64,000 nt of DNA from Escherichia phage W143: the sequence record MZ189262.1, one strand, 5' to 3'. The position numbers and the translations under genes are program-made. This document shows, in pieces, positions 58,057 to 64,000 of this stretch (positions are counted from its first letter, which is position 1; every line of letters starts with the position of its first letter). A model generated the notes under the pieces. The model saw nothing but the letters and a program-made list of their open reading frames with translations. It did not search any database and was not told the origin of the DNA.

Positions 58057-60114
58057 TTATCCTTGAACGAACTTGTAAGGCATGTTTGTAATATCTATGC
58101 AAGACGCAATAATTCCGAGAGATGATTCTGCTTTCTGTTTAACATTTGATGAAACAAATGATGCAAAGTCAACTCTGTCTTCTATTTCAATATCATCTGT
58201 CATTGCAACCAATTCACCAGTTTCCATTAGACGATCACCGTCATAAATTACCGATTCGGTGAGTTCTTCCGTAGTCATAACTTCAGCTTGAATAAGCTTG
58301 TTGTTAGTTTTAACTGTTCCATCATTGTAAGATGCATCGGTTATTTTATTAATTTTGACCATTAGTCCACGTGGCAAAATGACTTCCATTTCATTTGAAG
58401 GCGCTAAACTTCCACCGGGTAAAACAACATTGACTTTATCAGCTCCAGTAATAACCCATCCAATTCCAACTAAATTATCGCTAGAATTAACAAGCCCTTC
58501 ATCATTTTTATCGATAGAAATGCTTAGACGCTTTTCATCTGGTAAAACACCCACAGCTGAATCAGTCATCCAAGTACCAAAAATGTTTGGATATAATGAT
58601 GTTGATACAAAATTTCTAAAATAAAAAACTCGATTTTTTACCAATGCTTCATATATTGAAGGTAACATTCGCTGTGAACGATATAAAGTAATACCTTTTG
58701 GCAATCGATCACCATTTTTAAAGGCTGAATCTAAATTATCGATGGCTTGTTCTATTTCGGGTGCTGTCAAAATACTTGTACGCTCATCTGGATTATATAA
58801 TCCCAAAAGAGCATTATTCATGTCTACATATCCTGAACCCACATATTCACGAATTCCGCGTTTTTGAGCCGGTGTGTATTTAGATGAATCTTTATTTTCG
58901 ACTATAGAATGCAATGACCATCCAACGGTAAGAGCATATCCACGTAATTCTCTTCGAATAATCTTTGTTTTTATTGCATTCCAAGAATTTTGCACTAACT
59001 CATTTGCAGCATCTTGATTTAAATGCGAATGCTTGTTAATATTTCTTTCTAACCAAGCACTTTTATATTTTTCTAAAGTATCATCGACTATAGAAGCAAT
59101 AGTTTCTAAAGTTTTTATTGAAGTAATAGATTCTTTTCGTAATCTTTCTAAAGCTTTATTTTTTATTTCTGCATTAACATCAGATTCTTTATCTTCAGGA
59201 ATTATAGAAGCTTCTCTGAATGCCATTCCAGCTGTAACACTATTAAGAGCATTTTCTAATGCAAATCCTGAAGTAGAAATAACGGTTAATTCGTTAGCAT
59301 CAGAAATTAAAGGCGCGTCGGCGGGTTTATTTAATTCTGCTGCTGAAGCCTCAAATTTTTGAAACATTGGTGTTTCAAATCTAGAAGATTCCAATGACTG
59401 ACTTTGTGCAATTGCTCTACGTGAAATTTTAACTTTAACTATTACAGCCTGGTCAGAACGTTTATCGTTTTCTTGCGCAATAGATGCTGCAATTGCCTCA
59501 TTTTTAGTTACTTGAACCCCAGTATCTTTATTGATATAAACATCGCCGACTTTCGATTCAACTTTAGTAAAGAGCTCGGTACTAATTTCCGGAACTCCTG
59601 GAATGTCTTCTAGTGATACATTTTTGCGATGTATAAGAATATATGCATACTTTTTATCATAATCCCAGAGTTCCTTAAGAAGGACGTATCTGCCGCCTGA
59701 ACGACTACGGATAAGTCTATCAGCAATAACTTGAATTTGACGAGCTTGACCAGCAGTTTTAGACTTAAGAATACGAAGCATGCAGGCATCAATTTTATAC
59801 TGACGCATCGTCTGCATTGCAACAGTAAAAACTGAATTGATATAATTAATTGGGCTTGGACCGAGACCTTTCAATTTAGCAATTGAACCTTTAGCAGTTA
59901 ATGTAAAAGGAACAATATGCATCATTTTATCGCCCATTTTTAAATCGCGATTAGTATCACCTCCAGATGTATAGGTACATAAACGAAAGCCTGGTTGTTC
60001 AATTGCGTCATCAACATGAACTGAAAAAATTTGTGGTATTTTCTTCTTTGGATTTAAGTTTGTAATCGGAAGAGTAGTATCTTCGTCAAATAATTCTGTA
60101 ATAAGTTCCATCAT
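58057..60114 (-). CDS. alt: Alt ADP-ribosyltransferase (head-packaged), paralogue 2
   Basis: 685 aa; N-terminus MMELITELFDEDTTLPITNL...; ART signature R (LYRSQ), STS (FVSTSL), E-x-E (EMEVILPRG). Confidence 0.8.
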   Translation of the reverse strand: MMELITELFDEDTTLPITNLNPKKKIPQIFSVHVDDAIEQPGFRLCTYTSGGDTNRDLKMGDKMMHIVPFTLTAKGSIAKLKGLGPSPINYINSVFTVAMQTMRQYKIDACMLRILKSKTAGQARQIQVIADRLIRSRSGGRYVLLKELWDYDKKYAYILIHRKNVSLEDIPGVPEISTELFTKVESKVGDVYINKDTGVQVTKNEAIAASIAQENDKRSDQAVIVKVKISRRAIAQSQSLESSRFETPMFQKFEASAAELNKPADAPLISDANELTVISTSGFALENALNSVTAGMAFREASIIPEDKESDVNAEIKNKALERLRKESITSIKTLETIASIVDDTLEKYKSAWLERNINKHSHLNQDAANELVQNSWNAIKTKIIRRELRGYALTVGWSLHSIVENKDSSKYTPAQKRGIREYVGSGYVDMNNALLGLYNPDERTSILTAPEIEQAIDNLDSAFKNGDRLPKGITLYRSQRMLPSIYEALVKNRVFYFRNFVSTSLYPNIFGTWMTDSAVGVLPDEKRLSISIDKNDEGLVNSSDNLVGIGWVITGADKVNVVLPGGSLAPSNEMEVILPRGLMVKINKITDASYNDGTVKTNNKLIQAEVMTTEELTESVIYDGDRLMETGELVAMTDDIEIEDRVDFASFVSSNVKQKAESSLGIIASCIDITNMPYKFVQG

Positions 60115-60134
60115 ATCCTCTCTAGTGTTTATTC

Positions 60135-60142
60135 TATTTATA
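60135..60142 (-). promoter_or_regulatory. late promoter TATAAATA (minus strand) for the alt genes
   Basis: plus TATTTATA ~20 nt upstream of the alt start at 60114. Confidence 0.55.
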
Positions 60143-60150
60143 AAATTAAA

Positions 60151-60162
60151 GGCCCGAAGGCC
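60151..60162 (-). terminator. GGCC-UUCG-GGCC hairpin with downstream T-tract on minus strand
   Basis: plus ggcccgaaggcc; on the minus strand followed by TTTAATTTT. Confidence 0.45.
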
Positions 60163-60163
60163 T

Positions 60164-60352
60164 TTAATAATCTATTGGTAAGAGAGTACGGTATATTTCA
60201 AACTTTGGACCTTTTTCATAGGCATCAAATGTTTCTGTGAATTTATTATAAGCATATGCATCTATAAATTCAATCATAATTTGTGATACAGAAGTAGAAA
60301 CATCTCCACCTTCTTTTTGAGCAACGACAATTGTTTCTAAGTAAGCTTTCAT
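60164..60352 (-). CDS. hypothetical small protein downstream of ligase
   Basis: 62 aa ORF overlapping the ligase stop. Confidence 0.4.
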   Translation of the reverse strand: MKAYLETIVVAQKEGGDVSTSVSQIMIEFIDAYAYNKFTETFDAYEKGPKFEIYRTLLPIDY

Positions 60353-61812
60353 AGACCAGTTACCTCATGAAAATCACCAAATACATCCTCGAATGTATTA
60401 GCTTTAGTTTTATCTTCACGTAAACGAATCGCAATCGGAAGAAATAATTTAACGTAATCAGTGCGGCCATCAGATTTTAACCAACCGTTGCATTCGCACT
60501 CTAGAATTTTTCCAATATAATAATTTTGGTTTTCCATAATGCGAGTACGGTCAAGTTCATGTGATTTTACACCGGCTTTATCTTTTAAGCCTGAACCAGC
60601 ATTTACTTTAATTTTTCCACACTCTGATTCAAGAATAAATCCACCTGCTTTAGTAGGGTCTTTACGGTGAGGATAAATTCCTACAATTTTTAAATCAACA
60701 TCAATTACTTCTTTAAATTTATAGAGATTTTTTGAACGAGCATTTTCCCATAATCCATCGATATTTTTGAGAATAATACCTTCAAGACCTTGGTCAATAT
60801 ACTTTTTATAAATTACCTTAGCTTCATCTAGGTTATTTACTAGCTGGTTTTCAATTAAAATTACTTTATCATATCCTGATGTCATTTGTTCTAGTTTAGA
60901 AAAACGTACATCATATTTTAAACGAAACGCCGGAAGACCGTATATTTCTACCAACGGGACATAATCCCAGACCTGAAACTTCATACATTGAGCTTCTTTT
61001 TCAGAAATGGTTCCTTTTAAAGATTTATTGGCGATTCCATTAGAAGTAGTACGAGATTCCGCTACTTCGGCGAATTCTTTAGCTTTACTAATTTCAGGAT
61101 AAGCATCAAAAAGAAAATCTAGGCCTTCTGGTTCCTTTTTAACTTGCTCATGGTATACCAATTCGCCATCAATTAACACGCCTTCTGGATGAATCTGGCG
61201 GGCTTCAGCAGTCATTTTGATTAACTCTTCCTTAAGAAGATCTAATCCTAGATATTCATTACCAGCTCGTGATAAAAGACGAACATCATCTAATTCATCA
61301 CCTCGGACTTCAGCAAAACACCGAGCTCCATCTGCTTTTAACTGTGCAAAAGCTGGAAACTTGATATTCTTACTAATGCCTTTTTCATCATAAGAACTTG
61401 CCAGCATTTGAGGTTGTTCAGGAATTAAACCTGGCCAAACTTTGTTTGCAATAGATACTGAAGCACCGCATTCAAGGTCTCGCATCATAACTCGACGTAA
61501 AACTTCAACATCATCCTTTTTACCATCAGTGATATATCCAGTTAATTCCTCAATTGCTGCATTTCCAGTCAATTTCCGAGTAGCTAACGTAAATTCAATA
61601 AAGTCAAGCATATCGGTAATGGTCAGCATTCCAAAACTCTGGGTAGCAATACCAGGCTTAGGCCATTTCTTGATATAATACTGTAACCCACGAGAATAAG
61701 TCAGACGATATACTCGTTTAAGCAATTCATTACCTTTATTCTTTTCAAGAATTGCTTGCTTCTGCTTAGTTGATCCAATAGATGCTATTTCATTCAGAAT
61801 TTTAAGAATCAT
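60349..61812 (-). CDS. 30: ATP-dependent DNA ligase
   Basis: 487 aa; adenylation motif KADGARCF. Confidence 0.9.
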   Translation of the reverse strand: MILKILNEIASIGSTKQKQAILEKNKGNELLKRVYRLTYSRGLQYYIKKWPKPGIATQSFGMLTITDMLDFIEFTLATRKLTGNAAIEELTGYITDGKKDDVEVLRRVMMRDLECGASVSIANKVWPGLIPEQPQMLASSYDEKGISKNIKFPAFAQLKADGARCFAEVRGDELDDVRLLSRAGNEYLGLDLLKEELIKMTAEARQIHPEGVLIDGELVYHEQVKKEPEGLDFLFDAYPEISKAKEFAEVAESRTTSNGIANKSLKGTISEKEAQCMKFQVWDYVPLVEIYGLPAFRLKYDVRFSKLEQMTSGYDKVILIENQLVNNLDEAKVIYKKYIDQGLEGIILKNIDGLWENARSKNLYKFKEVIDVDLKIVGIYPHRKDPTKAGGFILESECGKIKVNAGSGLKDKAGVKSHELDRTRIMENQNYYIGKILECECNGWLKSDGRTDYVKLFLPIAIRLREDKTKANTFEDVFGDFHEVTGL

Positions 61813-62078
61813 TGTTCATCCTTCAGAGTTTGATTTACATTTCTATTATAAATCAATTCATCATTAAGCTCAGGCAAAGACTTATGATATGTAGTTCTAA
61901 CTTTATTTCCTTGCATCCAGTGCTTGACGTAAATGAAACCTTGCTCTACACATTTTTTAAAAATTCGTTCATCCTTTTGAGCACGGAACTCTGGATTACA
62001 TCTAAAAAATTGATTTACGTGACCGTAATCACGTGTAGTATTACCTTCATTTTCATAAATAGTATGAACAACAAACAT
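61809..62078 (-). CDS. hypothetical protein (30.1-like position)
   Basis: 89 aa ORF, ATGA overlap with ligase. Confidence 0.45.
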   Translation of the reverse strand: MFVVHTIYENEGNTTRDYGHVNQFFRCNPEFRAQKDERIFKKCVEQGFIYVKHWMQGNKVRTTYHKSLPELNDELIYNRNVNQTLKDEQ

Positions 62079-62917
62079 TAGAATGCTCCTTGAAAAATAT
62101 TATCACCACTAGTAGGTCTATTATACAAATACTCTATGCCACCAGGTTTAATATAGTTCCATGTCTGAAACGGATGTGTCTGATATGGATGATATAGATG
62201 ATTATAAGGATTTAATCCAGGCGTTCTCCAGGTAGTGTTCCAAGGAAAAGAATCGTTTTTAACCATCTTCTCAATTAAATCTTTTATAGCTTTTTCACTA
62301 TCAAAACTTTCTTTATTTTCCTTTAGTGAAAAAAGCTTATTTTCTACATCATTCCATGTATAAACTCGCTGCGCAGTTTTTGGAATATTGTCACGCTCTC
62401 CTCGAGCCATCCAATAAACTGGAACATTTAATATTTCACTCGCATGATCGCAGTGATGGGCGAGATCGTCAATATAACAAATTACGTTATATTTCTCTTT
62501 TGCCTTTTTGAACAGCTCTTCTTTTGAAGAATCATGACCACACATCATTACTTCTGAGAAGGCACCAGGAAAAAGAGCATTCAAATTAAATTGACGATTC
62601 AACAGAGCGTCAATAGAATCACCCAATGCTGTAACAGCTACAAAATTATAATCTTCTTTTAATTTGTTAATTACACACAGGGCATCTTTATATGGAGACA
62701 AGTAACGAATAAAATCTGATCGATTGTATTTTTCAATTAACTTGACACCAAGTTCTTCATCACAATTAAAGAGTTTACCTGGAGAAATAAATTTCTCATC
62801 TTGGATCATTTTTAAAATATGTTCTAACGGAAGATTATATTTCTGAGCAAAATAAGGAAGACCTGATTGCCAGCTTAAACATACTCCATCAATATCAGTT
62901 AAAATAGTAGGCTTCAT
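62078..62917 (-). CDS. HAD-superfamily hydrolase-like protein (30.2-like position)
   Basis: 279 aa; N-terminal DxDGV motif I (ILTDIDGV), later VAVTA and K...YIDD motifs. Confidence 0.55.
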   Translation of the reverse strand: MKPTILTDIDGVCLSWQSGLPYFAQKYNLPLEHILKMIQDEKFISPGKLFNCDEELGVKLIEKYNRSDFIRYLSPYKDALCVINKLKEDYNFVAVTALGDSIDALLNRQFNLNALFPGAFSEVMMCGHDSSKEELFKKAKEKYNVICYIDDLAHHCDHASEILNVPVYWMARGERDNIPKTAQRVYTWNDVENKLFSLKENKESFDSEKAIKDLIEKMVKNDSFPWNTTWRTPGLNPYNHLYHPYQTHPFQTWNYIKPGGIEYLYNRPTSGDNIFQGAF

Positions 62918-63378
62918 AGAGAGTCTCTTAATAGGTTTAACACATCAATAAATTCAGCTTCGGTTAGTATTGTATCATCTTTTGTTAGACCACTAGCCAT
63001 GCTGTGCTTCAAAACTTTTCCTTTCGAGGCTTGTAATGCATCGCGAAAGCCCTTGTTTTGGAACGCTGCTTCAAAATATGCATTTGTGTATAATTCTTTC
63101 CACGCTGGAGAGTATCTTGAAAATGGAACTCCAATCCAGAACAACGTGCCACGGTCCTGAGCTCTAGCGTAAGACCTTCCAGCTTGTTGGGCGGCAAGCC
63201 CGGATAACCCAAATATACGTCTTTGCTGTTCAACATTTTTCACCTTACATCCTTGGAGGAATCCTTCGAGACCTCCAAATTGGATACCATCCATAACAAA
63301 AGGCCATTGGGCGAAATTACTTAATGCACATGATGGCCATCTAAAATTGCTTCTTATCTCTAGCTCAGACATTTTCAA
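62914..63378 (-). CDS. NADAR (YbiA-like) domain protein (30.3-like position)
   Basis: 154 aa; LSNFAQWPFVMDGIQFGGLEGFLQGCK and AFQNKGFRDALQASKGKVLKHS resemble the NADAR/YbiA core as I recall it. Confidence 0.55.
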   Translation of the reverse strand: MKMSELEIRSNFRWPSCALSNFAQWPFVMDGIQFGGLEGFLQGCKVKNVEQQRRIFGLSGLAAQQAGRSYARAQDRGTLFWIGVPFSRYSPAWKELYTNAYFEAAFQNKGFRDALQASKGKVLKHSMASGLTKDDTILTEAEFIDVLNLLRDSL

Positions 63379-63571
63379 TACTTATAATTTCAACATCAGC
63401 CCAATGACCATAGCAAGGAAGACGAAATTCAACTGGCCAGTTAGGGTCCTTTTCTAATATAATAGACTGAACTTGTGGCTCTTCATATTCATCGGTATAC
63501 GGACCTTTATACGTTACTTTATATGTGACCTTAATGTACTGAATTCCAAAAATCTTATTAATTATATTCAT
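63365..63571 (-). CDS. hypothetical small protein
   Basis: 68 aa ORF in tightly packed early operon. Confidence 0.4.
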   Translation of the reverse strand: MNIINKIFGIQYIKVTYKVTYKGPYTDEYEEPQVQSIILEKDPNWPVEFRLPCYGHWADVEIISIENV

Positions 63572-63765
63572 ACTAATTCCTTTAATCCGTAAATAGGAGA
63601 TAATTCATCACCCATACGAAGGTCTTCATTTCCATCTACCCAGGAAACAATATAAGCCTCTTTTATTTGAATACCACTCCATTTAAATGGAGGTAGAACC
63701 TTAGAAATTAATCCAGGTATACCGACTCCCTTTAATTCAACAGTTTGACCCAAAAAGAATTTCAT
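63568..63765 (-). CDS. hypothetical small protein
   Basis: 65 aa ORF, ATGA overlap with neighbour. Confidence 0.4.
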   Translation of the reverse strand: MKFFLGQTVELKGVGIPGLISKVLPPFKWSGIQIKEAYIVSWVDGNEDLRMGDELSPIYGLKELV

Positions 63766-63968
63766 TAGAACCTCATCTGAAAACCATGCGATTTAACATT
63801 ACCGCCGTCAATATCAGAAATGTTAATTTCACGCGCAATTGAAGGGTCAATGTCAATTTCACGATTGAGTTTAGCGATAGCTAGAGTATCACGCCCATTT
63901 ACAGTACGGAACTCTAAAGGGCAGACTGCATTAACATAGTTTTTAATCGATTCACTAGTAGGCTGCAA
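63765..63968 (-). CDS. hypothetical small protein
   Basis: 67 aa ORF, start/stop overlap with neighbour. Confidence 0.4.
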   Translation of the reverse strand: MQPTSESIKNYVNAVCPLEFRTVNGRDTLAIAKLNREIDIDPSIAREINISDIDGGNVKSHGFQMRF

Positions 63969-64000
63969 ATGAGCAGGAAGGTCTTTAGGCGCCTTTGAGA

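Overview
This window is a near-complete late-gene block of a T4-like (T-even) Escherichia myophage, collinear with phage T4 from the lysozyme gene e to the DNA ligase region. All calls rest on reading the supplied ORF translations and the raw sequence; no database search was run. Order along the window: e (partial), nudE and a run of small e.x ORFs (-); a minus-strand RNA cluster with 8 tRNAs (Gln-Leu-Gly-Pro-Ser-Thr-Ile, then Arg), the GIY-YIG endonuclease segB and two tRNA-like stable RNAs; a variable internal-protein locus; 57B/57A, genes 1, 3, 2, 4 (-); then the plus-strand morphogenesis block 53, 5, 5.1, 5.4, 6-12, wac, 13-18, an inserted HNH gene, 19, 20, 67, 68, 21, 22, 23; an antisense early ORF; 24; rnlB, 24.2, 24.3, hoc, inh (-); uvsW, a second HNH gene, uvsW.1 (+); uvsY operon, 25, 26 (-); 51, 27, 28, 29, 48, 54 (+); two tandem Alt-like ADP-ribosyltransferases, ligase gene 30 and upstream accessory ORFs including a NADAR-like and a HAD-like protein (-). 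T4-type late promoters (TATAAATA), early promoters (GTTTAC -35), MotA-type middle promoters and tetraloop hairpins are readable at the expected gene boundaries. The phage is not identical to T4 as I recall it: no seg gene between 23 and 24 or between inh and uvsW, HNH genes at 18/19 and uvsW/uvsW.1, and a fibritin foldon with K for R. The most promising candidates for new biology are the capsid-targeted internal-protein cassette, the tandem Alt paralogs, the NADAR-like gene and the orphan early ORF between 23 and 24. Motif coordinates were counted by hand and may be off by 1-2 nt; CDS coordinates follow the supplied ORF track, with starts adjusted where an ATG with a Shine-Dalgarno fits better than the track's TTG/GTG.
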